The position numbers and the translations under genes were made by a program. From contig CBDBCR010000001.1 in NCBI GenBank assembly GCA_965203465.1, positions 448,001 through 512,000 on the forward strand: a stretch of 64,000 nt of DNA, written 5' to 3'. The DNA is from Nitrosopumilaceae archaeon (GTDB lineage: Archaea; Thermoproteota; Nitrososphaeria; Nitrososphaerales; Nitrosopumilaceae). How positions within the stretch are numbered: position 1 is the first letter of the stretch; each line of letters starts with the position of its first letter. Positions 50,639 through 60,600 of the stretch are shown here, one piece after another. Under the pieces are notes generated by a model. The model had not been told where the DNA came from and searched no databases. It was given only the letters and a program-made list of their open reading frames with translations.

Positions 50639-51976
50639 ATGGGCCTGTTCGGAACCAACGGAGTGAGGGGCGTGTTCCCCTCGGAGCTCGGGCTGCCGGA
50701 GGTGCACGATATATGCTGCGCGCTAGCAGAGCACCTGCGGTTCCGCCGCGTGCTGGTAGGGATGGACGGGCGCGCCTCGAGCGGGGTCGTGGCCGAGACG
50801 GTCTGCTCGGTGCTCAACTCGCGCGGCGTGGACTGCGCGCGCGCGGGGCTGGTGCCGACCCCGTGCCTGGAATACGCCGTCAAAAAGCTGGGCTACGACG
50901 CGGGCGTGATGGCGACGGCCTCGCACAACCCACCCGAGTACGCGGGCCTCAAGGCGTGCGCGGCCGACGGCGTGGAACTGGCGCGCCCCGACGAAGAGGC
51001 CGTCGAAAGGATACACGCCGGGCGTTCGTGGGGGCCCCGCACCGGCGCCTTCGGCACCACCGCGACGGAGGGGCGCGCCGTGGGGGCGTACGTGGAGGGG
51101 GCCGCCTCTCTGCTGGACACGGAAAAGATCGCCTCGCGCCGGCCCAAAGTCGTGCTGGACCTGGGCAACGGGGCGCAGGCCGCCGCCGCCCCGCGGTTCT
51201 GCCGCCTGCTCGGCCTCGAGCCGGATCTGATCAACGGGGACGTCGACCCGTCGTTTCCGGGGCGCGGGCCAGAGCCGACCCCCGAGACGCTCGGCGGGCT
51301 GTCCGGGGCGGTCGCCTCGCGCGGCGCCGACCTGGGCGTCGCGTTCGACGGCGACGGCGACCGGAGCATGTTCTGCGACGAGCGCGGCCGCGTCCTGACC
51401 GGCGAGCAGTCCGCGCTGGTGCTCGCCCGCCACGTGCTGGCCAAAAGCCCCGGCGCGCTGGTGGTCACGTGCGTCAACTCGGGCGTGTCCGCCGAGTCGG
51501 TGGCAGCCGAGTCGGGCGCGCGCGTGCTGCGCACCAGGGTGGGCAGCGTCGAGGTCTCGCGCGCCATGACCGAGACGGGCGCGCTGGTCGGCTTTGAGGA
51601 GAACGGCGGGTTCATGTACGCAAAGCACAACCAGGTGCGCGACGGCGTCATGACGCTGGGCCTCATGCTGGAGGCGCTGGCGGCCTCGGGCTCTTCGGTC
51701 TCGCAACTCACATCGTCGCTGCCCCCCTCGCACACGGCAAAGACAAAGGTGCCGTGCTCGCCGGAGCGGGCCGGGCGCGTCATGGAGCGCCTAAAGGCGG
51801 AGAACCCCGGCGCCGACCTGACAGACGGCGTCAAGGTGGCGTTCGGGCCGCGCGAGTGGGTGATGGTGCGCCCCAGCGGCACCGAGCCCATCCTGCGCAT
51901 ATACGCAGAGGCGCGCTCGAGCTCGCGCTTGGACGAGCTGCTCTCCAAGTATTCGGACGCCGTATCGTCGTGCTGA
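50639..51976 (+). CDS. Phosphoglucosamine mutase / phosphomannomutase family
   Basis: [29 protein letters not shown]. Confidence 0.93.
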   Translation: MGLFGTNGVRGVFPSELGLPEVHDICCALAEHLRFRRVLVGMDGRASSGVVAETVCSVLNSRGVDCARAGLVPTPCLEYAVKKLGYDAGVMATASHNPPEYAGLKACAADGVELARPDEEAVERIHAGRSWGPRTGAFGTTATEGRAVGAYVEGAASLLDTEKIASRRPKVVLDLGNGAQAAAAPRFCRLLGLEPDLINGDVDPSFPGRGPEPTPETLGGLSGAVASRGADLGVAFDGDGDRSMFCDERGRVLTGEQSALVLARHVLAKSPGALVVTCVNSGVSAESVAAESGARVLRTRVGSVEVSRAMTETGALVGFEENGGFMYAKHNQVRDGVMTLGLMLEALAASGSSVSQLTSSLPPSHTAKTKVPCSPERAGRVMERLKAENPGADLTDGVKVAFGPREWVMVRPSGTEPILRIYAEARSSSRLDELLSKYSDAVSSC

Positions 51977-52079
51977 CGCGTAGGCGCGTTTTCGTCCGCG
52001 CCTTGGCGTCCGCGGCGGCCTGACAGGCGGCTGTGCGGAAAACCAACGGATATTAGCCGCAGCCCGGCGCGGCGCCTTG

Positions 52080-52318
52080 ATGCCCAAGTCGCCCAACCCG
52101 TTCCTGAACCTTCCGGAGGACAAGCTGGCCATGGTAAGGGAGTATTTCCTAAAGTCCGAATTCGCCGGCCAGATGGACTTTGAGCGGTATCTTGCGTGGC
52201 TGCACGAGGACGATCTGATCCCGGAGGACGTCTTTGCCGTAATCGAACACGAAAACACCGACCCAAGATAGTGTATTCCTCCGTAGAAAAGCTGCTAGCG
52301 GACTTGAAGAAAGACTAA
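52080..52318 (+). pseudogene. RelB-like antitoxin remnant (frameshift near 52265)
   Basis: Alternate frame supplies a KIVYSSVEKLLADLKKD C-terminus typical of such antitoxins. Confidence 0.45.
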
Positions 52319-52362
52319 GTGCGGGTTGCTTGGAGCCGCGCTCCACGCCACGGGAATGCACA

Positions 52363-52538
52363 ATGAGAGATCGGATCGTTGTAAAGGAATCTCAGTTTAG
52401 GCGCCGGTACAAGCGCTTGGGAGATCCGAGGCAAGCGCGCGTAGATCTGGCAATACGGGCTCGACCCGGCAAGCACGGGCGCCTCAAAATTCCTAAGGGC
52501 GTTTGCGCACGAGATCGACAAATCAGACGGGCTGATCT
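52363..52538 (+). pseudogene. RelE-like toxin remnant interrupted by IS110
   Basis: MRDRIVVKESQFRRRYKRL..RQARVDLAI; a later frame reads AHEIDKSDGLI and continues CR beyond 54982. Confidence 0.45.
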
Positions 52539-53206
52539 CCCATATCAAATCTTCCCGGATTGACGGGCCACTGCAAACGAGTGTGTGCTCAGTCAGGCGG
52601 GCGGGCTTTGGCCGCCGCCGCTTTATACTTTCGCTGCACTAGATCCTTGTCCTGCGTCCGGTATTCGGCCATGTCGGTCAGTATGTGCCAGACTACCTCC
52701 GTCAGGCGGCGCGCGATGGCCACCCTCGCTTTCTTTTTGCCTATCCTTTTCGACAGCCGCTCGTAGGTCGAAGACATTCGAGCGTCGTAGCGCGCCGCGA
52801 CGTTGGCCGCCTCCACCATGGCGTTCCTTAACCAGACGGACCCCTTTTTGGTTATGCCGCCGCCGCGCTTGGTCTCGCCGCTGTTCCGGTGGGACGGAGA
52901 AAGGCCCGCGTACGAGACGAGTTTTTCGGCCGTCCTGAATCTCTTTACGTCTACTATCTCTGCGATTATGGTCAGCGCGGTAACGTATCCTATTCCGGTG
53001 ACCGTCATGACGAGCTTTGCCCTATCGTCGTCCATGCATTCGGAAGATATCTCGCGCTCCAGCGTTTCCGTCTGTTTCTGCATCAGCTGCAGCGTGTCGA
53101 GGTACGAGTCCAGCGACAGCCTGTCCACCGGCGAGACGCTTACGGTTCGCATCCACTTCAAGTTGGTCTTTGAGAATTTCGTCTTTGTGGGAAGCTTGTG
53201 CTCGTA

Positions 53207-54316
53207 TAGTTCTGGACAAAAGTTCGCCGTCAAAACTTGGCGTATCTTTTCGGGCGCTGGTTCATGCACTTGATCGGATCTATGTTGTAGTGCACGGTCC
53301 TGTAATGCTCCGACAAGTCTTTGCAAAAGTCTTCGAACGATGCGTGGTACTTGTACGAGACGCTCGATCTGCTCTTGACTAGCCACATGTGCTCGGCCGG
53401 ATTCACGTACGGCGAACCGACGGGCGTATACCGCAAGACGATCTCCGGGTTGTCGCGCAAAAACTCCTGAACCTTGCGCGATTGGTGGTACGACGCGCGG
53501 TCTTCGTATATGAGGAGCGGCCCGAACCGCCTGTGCGCTTCCTTGAGAAAATCGATGAACGTGTCGGAGTTGGCCCTGTCGTACAGCCGGACCATGTGTC
53601 TTGTGTCTTCCAGCAACAGCCCGTGCGCCGACACTTTTTGGGGGTCGTTGGTGAAGGTTCCGCTTACCGGCGTGCCTTGCTCCGTCCAGAACAAGGCGTT
53701 GGACTTGTCGTCCCTGCGGTGGTGCGACTCATCCCCCCACCCCACGGTGCGCCCTTTGCGCCTGTGGTAGGCAATAACGCGCCTTTCGCGCTTCTGCCAC
53801 TTGCTCACGGCGGCCGGGCTGGCGTGGTTTACGTGGACGTACTGTATTTTCTTGGGAGAGAGGTTGCGGCCGCGCATGAGCCTCAGGACATGCCTGCTGC
53901 TGTAGCCCACGCCGGTCTTCCGTTTTATCGCGTCGCTGACCTCGTGCGGCCGCACCCGTTTCCGGGACGCGTCGTCTATGATCTTGTTGAGTTTGTCTTT
54001 CCTTACCTTGGGCGGCCTTCCTGCACGCGGACGGTCGCGGAGGGCGTCCAGCCCGCCGCTCTCGTACCTGTCCACCCACTGCCGCACCCAGTCGTCGGAC
54101 ATCATCAGGCTCTGCGCAACATCGTCGACTCGCTGTCCTTGCACCGCCACCATGTTGACGGCCACTATGCGCAGGCTGACCCGGGCGTCCTTTTCCTTCT
54201 TGAGTGCCTTTTTCAGCACCGTTGACGTGTTAGTCATGGGTGTAGCCTGATCCCGTAGTAAATAAGTGCGTGAGAAAAAAATTGTTGACAAACCGACGAA
54301 TTTTCGTCCAGAACTA
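53207..54316 (-). mobile_element. IS630-family element (1110 bp) with TA duplication
   Basis: TIRs TAGTTCTGGACAAAAGTTCG / CGAATTTTCGTCCAGAACTA; TA at 53205-53206 and 54317-54318. Confidence 0.93.
53230..54237 (-). CDS. IS630 transposase (single intact frame)
   Basis: HTH WVDRYE.GG..L.DRPR.GRP; DDE triad GDES, EDRASYH, NPAEHMW. Confidence 0.93.
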   Translation of the reverse strand: MTNTSTVLKKALKKEKDARVSLRIVAVNMVAVQGQRVDDVAQSLMMSDDWVRQWVDRYESGGLDALRDRPRAGRPPKVRKDKLNKIIDDASRKRVRPHEVSDAIKRKTGVGYSSRHVLRLMRGRNLSPKKIQYVHVNHASPAAVSKWQKRERRVIAYHRRKGRTVGWGDESHHRRDDKSNALFWTEQGTPVSGTFTNDPQKVSAHGLLLEDTRHMVRLYDRANSDTFIDFLKEAHRRFGPLLIYEDRASYHQSRKVQEFLRDNPEIVLRYTPVGSPYVNPAEHMWLVKSRSSVSYKYHASFEDFCKDLSEHYRTVHYNIDPIKCMNQRPKRYAKF

Positions 54317-54787
54317 TATTTGGCCAGAAGCGCAGTTATCTTGTTCTTTTGCTCCGTCGCCGTGCGGACCCGGTCGAGCCTGGTTCTGGCCAGGTTGCGC
54401 AGGTTCCTGTAGCGCTCGTCAGGCACGAACGACTCGTAAACCATGTCTAGGAGCAGCAAGTCCGCGAGCACCTCCGAGTCCACCCTGTCGTCTTTCAGTT
54501 TTGCCTCGGCTATGGCTTTGGTCTTGGACGGGTGAGCCAAGATCGTGTCGATGCCGCACTCCTCCAGCGTGTCGTGCAGTATGATCCAGTAATTGCCGGT
54601 CGCCTCGCAGACCGCCCTGGCGTTCTTGCCGTGCGTCTTCTTTACGTGTGCCGCGAACGCCTCTATGTCTTTTTTGCTGTTCTTGAATTCGGTCTGTTCT
54701 ATTATATCCTTGCCGTTTCCTTTTATTGTCGCCGCGCACATCTTTTTGTGCACGTCTATCCCAATGTTGATCAATGTGTCACCTCCT

Positions 54788-54960
54788 TCGAAGCCATTGG
54801 ATTTGTGGATTTGCCCGATTGAGCGGAAAGCTCCCATTCACCCTCTGTGGGGTAGTACCCCGTCCGCCTATTGTTGTGAGTTAGTCTGCCGGTCACCCTC
54901 ATGCGGGGTAAGAATAGTTCAACTCTCGGGCCCATCTCGGAGAGCCATGCTCCCCTCCCA
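54788..54960 (-). ncRNA. Predicted IS110 bridge RNA
   Basis: Two GAGGGTGA motifs, followed by CCGGCAG (matches target flank) and ATGGGAG (matches donor end). Confidence 0.75.
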
Positions 54961-55051
54961 GATAAGATTTGATACAGGGTCTGCCGGAGTTCCGCTTCCG
55001 GCAGGCGAGGATCGCACGCTACCGTTATTACGCGCCGCGCCGTTGCCCGGA

Positions 55052-55358
55052 CATGGCCCTCGGCCCGGATGCTCGCCCCCGCGCACCGGAAGGCAAACCC
55101 GGAGTCTCGGGGAAATCGATACTGGATCTGACCTTGGAGATCTGCTTCAAGAACCCCTTTACACGCGAGACCGGCGTGACGCGCTACGAGGTCATAGAGC
55201 ACGTCCAGACGTGGATGTGGAGCGACGAGATCATAAAGGCCGAGCGCGGCTTTGACGAGTACGTCCGGACCGGCAGGCTCGTCAAGGTCGGACAAGACAG
55301 GGGCGGAGAGGAGTTCTACAAGCTGGCAGAGCATCTGGACTCCCAGCATCGGCGCTAG
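55052..55358 (+). CDS. Small hypothetical protein (possible winged helix; start uncertain)
   Basis: ILDLTLEICF...FDEYVRTGRLVKV...FYKL with host-like codon usage. Confidence 0.5.
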
Positions 55359-55542
55359 GCGCATTCGACTGAAGCATGTATTGTCCCCGGGCAGGCGATC
55401 GCGCGCTACCGATATTGCGCGGCGCCGCCTTGGCATGGCGCCCGGCCCGGCTGCCGACCCCCGCGCGCCGGAAGGCAAAACCGGAGCCGCGCGACAAAGC
55501 CGGCCGCGCGCGGCCTTTTACGCTCCGGCCGCACGGCGGCCA

Positions 55543-56004
55543 ATGAGAAAGAGACGCGCGATAAGCGGGCTGCTGCAGGTGGCCATGATAGTGGGCATCG
55601 TCATCATATTCGCCGGTATACTGTTCGCCTTTGCCGGCGACATATTCGACGCGCAGACGACGGCCGGCTCGGTCTCGCTGCAAAAGATCCTCATACAGGG
55701 GGCCGGCGCCGACTCCTACCTGTCGGCCAACGTAAAGAACACGGGCAACAGCGAGGTGACGGCGCTCAGCGTAAAGATAATGCTGGACACCGATTCGGGC
55801 ACCGCCGGCATGCAGCCGTTCACGCAGGACCTCTCGCCGCTGCCGCTCGCGCCCGGCATGACCGCCTCTGTGCACGCCCTCGTGGTCGATTCGGCCGGCG
55901 ACGCCATGGCCGTCACGGCCGGCACGGAGGTGGCCGCCCTCATCGAGGCGGCCACGGCGGGGGGCAGCCGCATATCGGAGCCGGTCACGGTCCGGGCCCG
56001 CTAG
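55543..56004 (+). CDS. Archaeal type IV pilin-like protein
   Basis: Class III signal peptide MRKRRA/ISGLL followed by a hydrophobic helix; NVKNTGN motif. Confidence 0.85.
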   Translation: MRKRRAISGLLQVAMIVGIVIIFAGILFAFAGDIFDAQTTAGSVSLQKILIQGAGADSYLSANVKNTGNSEVTALSVKIMLDTDSGTAGMQPFTQDLSPLPLAPGMTASVHALVVDSAGDAMAVTAGTEVAALIEAATAGGSRISEPVTVRAR

Positions 56005-56048
56005 GGCCCGGTTTTCCCCTTTTTACGCAGGGCGAAGCATCGCCGCAG

Positions 56049-56756
56049 TTGGGGTACACGGTCCTTACGGTGCTGCGCGGGGGCGGCTCGCTAGACGAGC
56101 CGGTAATGTCGCTGCCGCTGCTCGGGAGGGTCTCGTTCAGGCAGGCGGGCATCATCATGGGTTTCTGCGTCGCGCTGCCGCTGTGCGTACACTCTTTTTC
56201 CTCCGAGGCGGTCCTGTCCGCGCTGCCCGAACCCGCGCTCTCGGCCGGCCCCGCGCGGCTGGGCTGGGACGCCGTGCTGGCCCTGCTGCCCGTCCCGCTG
56301 GGCCTGGCGCTGGGGGTGCCGCGCCCGCGCCTGGTCCCCATGGACGTGGCCGTGTTCATGGTCTTGAGGTTCGCGCTGCGCAAGAGCTCGGCGCCGCGGC
56401 GCGCCGCGCCGCCGGGCCCGGCGCGCGGGCCGAGCAGGCTGTCCGGCTTTGCGCCCCCCGACCCGGGCCTCGCGGGCGCCCCGCCGGCGCCCGGCTACTC
56501 GATCGCCGCGCCGGACCCGTCGGTACCCAAGAGCCTGACCATCACGCTGTACGGCGCCGACGGCTCGCCCCTCTCGGGCAGGCTGGCCCGCACGTACGTG
56601 GACGGGGAGCTGATAGGATCGGTGACGACCGACGGGGACGGGGCGATGGGGGTCACGTTCGTGCCGGGCAGGTGCGGCACGCGCCGCCTGAGGATAGAGG
56701 TGGAAGGCGAGGACGGGCCGGCCGTCGACGCGCCGCTCGAAATCCGCGGGCCTTAA
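56049..56756 (+). CDS. Membrane protein, PrgI/VirB3-like N-terminus plus Ig-like C-terminal domain
   Basis: DEPVMSLPLLGRVSFRQ followed by two TM helices; ITLYGADGSPL...TTDGDG beta-sandwich pattern. Confidence 0.55.
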   Translation: MGYTVLTVLRGGGSLDEPVMSLPLLGRVSFRQAGIIMGFCVALPLCVHSFSSEAVLSALPEPALSAGPARLGWDAVLALLPVPLGLALGVPRPRLVPMDVAVFMVLRFALRKSSAPRRAAPPGPARGPSRLSGFAPPDPGLAGAPPAPGYSIAAPDPSVPKSLTITLYGADGSPLSGRLARTYVDGELIGSVTTDGDGAMGVTFVPGRCGTRRLRIEVEGEDGPAVDAPLEIRGP

Positions 56757-56779
56757 ATCCGGACGGGGCACCGGGCGCG

Positions 56780-57073
56780 ATGTTTGGAGACGACGACGAG
56801 GGAAAGTCCAGGGGCGACCTCGTGAGGTTCGGAAAAAAGGCGTTCATAGCCATAGTCTTCATCGTGGGGGCCCCGACGATAGTCGCCCCGCTGATGGGCG
56901 TCGACATCGACGGGTTCTGCGTCGAGGGCGACGAGTGCGAGGCCAACGCCGTCTTTTCGGAGGAAGTGGCCGGCCTGGTGGGCGTGGCCCTCAACGCGAT
57001 ACGGATAGGCGGCGCCGTCGTGGTGGTCGTGGCGTTCGGCGTAAAGGGCATACAGTACAGGCTGGCGCCGTGA
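56780..57073 (+). CDS. Small two-TM protein, VirB2/TrbC-pilin-like
   Basis: KKAFIAIVFIVG and LNAIRIGGAVVVVVAFGVKGIQY helices with a C-x5-C loop. Confidence 0.55.
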   Translation: MFGDDDEGKSRGDLVRFGKKAFIAIVFIVGAPTIVAPLMGVDIDGFCVEGDECEANAVFSEEVAGLVGVALNAIRIGGAVVVVVAFGVKGIQYRLAP

Positions 57074-57441
57074 AGTCGGCGCTGCCCGCCGCGTGCGTGG
57101 CGCTCTACTTTTTTTTCAGGCCCGAGGCGGGCCCCGCCGCGTGCGCGGTGGCCGCGGCGCTGTGGCTCTCCTCGATGGTCATGGACCTGCACACCACGAT
57201 GCGGCGCCGCCGGCACATACGGGGGCGCGAGCGCAGCGCCCTGCTGCGCTGTCTGTACGCGCGCTTTCCGGACCGGCGCGCCGCCGCGCTGGCCGGCGCG
57301 GCCGAGTCGGCCTCGGTGGTGCTGCTGCCCGCCGCGCTCCTGGGCGGGTTCGATCCGGGGGCCAGCGCGGCGGTCTGCTTCCTTTTCGCGTGCCTGCACG
57401 CCGAGGCGGTCCTGGCCAACGACAGGCTCGCGGTCGGCTAG
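57070..57441 (+). CDS. Small membrane protein (DUF5658-like)
   Basis: DLHTT...GRERSALLR...LHAEAVLAN; GTGA overlap with previous gene. Confidence 0.5.
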   Translation: MKSALPAACVALYFFFRPEAGPAACAVAAALWLSSMVMDLHTTMRRRRHIRGRERSALLRCLYARFPDRRAAALAGAAESASVVLLPAALLGGFDPGASAAVCFLFACLHAEAVLANDRLAVG

Positions 57442-57615
57442 GGGCAGCTCCGGCAGGGGCCTGCGCCCCCCGCGCGGAAGAGCCGCGCGGCCCGAAGCGC
57501 CCGTTTCCGGGGGCGCGGCCGCCGCCGGGAAACGGGCCCGGCGCCGCGGATCCGGGCGGATCGCCTGCGTATCGGGGGCCCGCCGCGCCGATTCCGGCCC
57601 GGCGCCCGAATTTGG

Positions 57616-57642
57616 TTTATATAATTGGCGGGGGGGGGGGGG
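57616..57642 (+). promoter_or_regulatory. TATA box followed by a G13 homopolymer upstream of the giant surface-protein gene
   Basis: TTTATATA at 57616-57623; G run at 57630-57642. Confidence 0.7.
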
Positions 57643-57659
57643 AGAGGTGCGGTAGGGTC

Positions 57660-60600
57660 GTGCGGGGAGTCTTGGGTATCTTGGTGCTCGCGGCAGCGGC
57701 GCTGGGGGTTTTGGCGGCCCTGCCGGGCGCTGAGGCTACGACGCCCACACTGTCAACGTTCGTCCACGGCGGCCAAACTTTTGCGGGAACGTTGGACACG
57801 CACAACGACGGCACGTGGGCGTCCAAGCTGACCATAACCTTCAACACCCCGATGAAAGCCCAGACGGACGACGCGACGGCGCTGGCAGGCATCGTAGTAA
57901 AGCAGGGCATTGCCAACAGCAACATAGTCTCCTACGACCCCGTGACGGGCCACGCGATCGAGTTTAGCGGAAACACCGTGATCATACGCTACCTGCCGGC
58001 GCAAGAAGACGGCCTGAGACGGCACCAAGAGCTCGGATCGACTCTTTGGATAAAAAGCGACGCGCTGGCCTCGGCGGACACCAGCACCAACTTTTCGGGG
58101 TTCGGACGATCCGGCACCATTGGCAGCGGCACGGACGTTGACAACTCGAGCGAAGCGCTCAGATGGGCTCGTGACTCGACCACTCCAAAGGTGGCCAGCG
58201 CCACACTCGACAAGGACACCGGCGTGCTGTACATCGTCGCGGACGAGAGCCTAGCATACGGCCAGTACGGCGCCGGCGGAACCAAAACGGCAACCTATCC
58301 GACTACGCTAAACTCGCCCGGCCAGACCGCAAACGCAAACGCCACCAAATTCCACCTGCGCGACGGCGCGACGGCATCGACCGGAGGGATCGACATGTCA
58401 GCATCCAACAGTCCCAGCACGCACCGCTCGCCCGTCCACGAGATACGCTTCACGCTCTCTCCGACCCAGCTCAGCACGCTCATCGCGTACACGAACCCGC
58501 ACCTGCACATCGACGCCGACGCGTTTGAGGGGCTCGACAGCGACGGCGATCCGGGCACGAACCCGAACGCGGCCATCGCAAAGCAGCTCAACTACCTGCC
58601 CAGGCTCTCCGCGGCGGAACTGACGGTCACCACGCGGGCGCTGTCGCTCACGTTCGACGAGTCGGTCACCAAGAACTCGGGCACCTTTTACATACGCAAC
58701 AGCGATACGGGGGCGTACGACTCAAGCACCGACGTGACCGGCACGCTGGCGGTCTCGGGCACGGGCGGGACCGCGACGTTGACCGCATCGGACGTGACCC
58801 GGGTGCTGGGGATGTCCACGCCGCACCTGCACCTCAACGCCGGGGCGGTGACGGACGCCGGCGGCGCGGACAACCTCAAAAAAGTCCGGGCGCTGACCGT
58901 CACGCACCCCTCGCCCGAGCTGTCCGCCGCCGCGCTGGCCGGCACGACCCTCACGCTCACCCTAGACATAGCGGTAAAGTCGGGCGACGCGGACGTGGAC
59001 CAGTCCAAGGTACGCGTCAGGGACGGGGCCGGCACCAGCGGCGGCACGGCGCTGGCCGGCTCGACGGTATCCTCGACGGGCGACAGCGCGACCGTCACGC
59101 TCACGCTTACGTCTTCTCAGGTGACGACCGTCGAGGGGTACGCGGCGCCGCACGTGTACCTGGAGGCGGGCGCCGTCACTAGCACCAACAACGTAGCCGG
59201 CGCCGCCCCCTCGCTGTCTAGGGCGCTGGGCATACAACCAGAGCTGGAATCGGCTTCGGTGGATCTGAACAACTTTACGACCGGCAGCGGCCAAAACACC
59301 GCCTACTACGCGGGCAAGCTGACGCTCAACTTCAACGTAGACGTGGGCGTGAACGCGAGCGATGCCGACACCCTCCCAAAGGTAACGGTGCGCGAGGCGG
59401 ACAACTCGCCGACGGTCACGCTGGATACGAACGCCTCTATTATCACGAGCACGGCCACCGTCGAGATAGGGCTGACCCCGGCGCAAAAGGAGGCGATCCG
59501 GGCCATGTCGGGCAACCTGGAGGTGCTGATAGGGGCGAGCGCCTTCAAGTCCGACAGGGGCTCGCTGGCGCTGCCGGCCGTCGCCGACGGGGACCTGTCC
59601 GTGCCGAGCGGCAGCGTTACGGCCGACGCGACGGCCCCCCGGATAAAGTCGGCCGCCATAAACGAGGGGACCGGAATCGTCACGTTCAACTTTGACGAGC
59701 TGGTGCAGGCGGACGCCGCCGACATCAACCTGGGGAATCTCCAGATATACACGCCCGCCGAGGGCAACTATCCGCTGACCGGCTCGGCGGTCACCTCCTC
59801 GGGCGATGCGGCCGCGATCACGATCGATATGACGGAATCCATACGCCAGAACGTCATCGCGCTGTCCAACCCGCAGTACTGGTTCTCCGGCGGCGCGGCG
59901 GTACAGGATCTGGACGGCAACTTTGTGGCCGCGGGCACGATCGGGGAATCTACGGAGACCGCCGACACCCTAAAGCCGGAGCTCTCGTCGGCTGCCCTCG
60001 ACGAGGGCACCGGGGTGCTGACGCTTACCTTCAACGAGACCGTAAAGGCCGGCGATTCGGACGTGGATCAGGCAAAGATATACCTCGTGAACACCGCGGT
60101 AATCACGGGCGGCACGTCCCTCAACGGGGCGACCGTCTCCTCGACGGGCAACGGCGCGGCCGTGACGATACAACTCACAGAGACGCAGCGGCAGGCCGCC
60201 ATCGGGTACGCCAACCCGTACGTGTACTTTGACGCCGAAGCAGTAAAGGACACCTCGGATCAGACTATCGCCGCGTCCACGACGCAGACCGTCACCAGCG
60301 TAACGGACGAGGCAGACAACGACAAGCCGGCGCTCTCGTCGGCCTCGCTCAACCAGGGGACCGGCGCCTGGACTGTCGCCTTTTCGGAGATCGTCTCTGC
60401 CGGCTCGGCGGTAGGCACCACGATTTACGTCGGCACCAGCACCACGTACAATTCCACAAACGACGTGGCGCTGACCGTCCCCTCGACCGCGGCCTCGGCC
60501 TCGGGCACGCTCTCTACATCGGACATCCAAAAGGTGCTGGCCCTGACGGGCCCCAAAGTGTACGTGGTGGCCAACGCCGTCCAGGATACGAGCAACAACG

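Larger units (their letters stand above)
52589..54774 (-). pseudogene. IS110 recombinase split by IS630 (N part 54317-54774, C part 52589-53204; reconstructs to 357 aa)
   Basis: IGIDVHK, VCEATG, KDDRVD (DEDD); TGIG...AEI, SYAGL.P...SG, AIARRL; junction restores AAA-TAC-GAG; GGAGGTGA RBS. Confidence 0.92.
52536..54982 (-). mobile_element. IS110-family element carrying a nested IS630
   Basis: 11-bp subterminal IR TATCAAATCTT (52543-52553) / AAGATTTGATA (54964-54974); TCT direct core at both ends; IS110 recombinase motifs. Confidence 0.88.
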
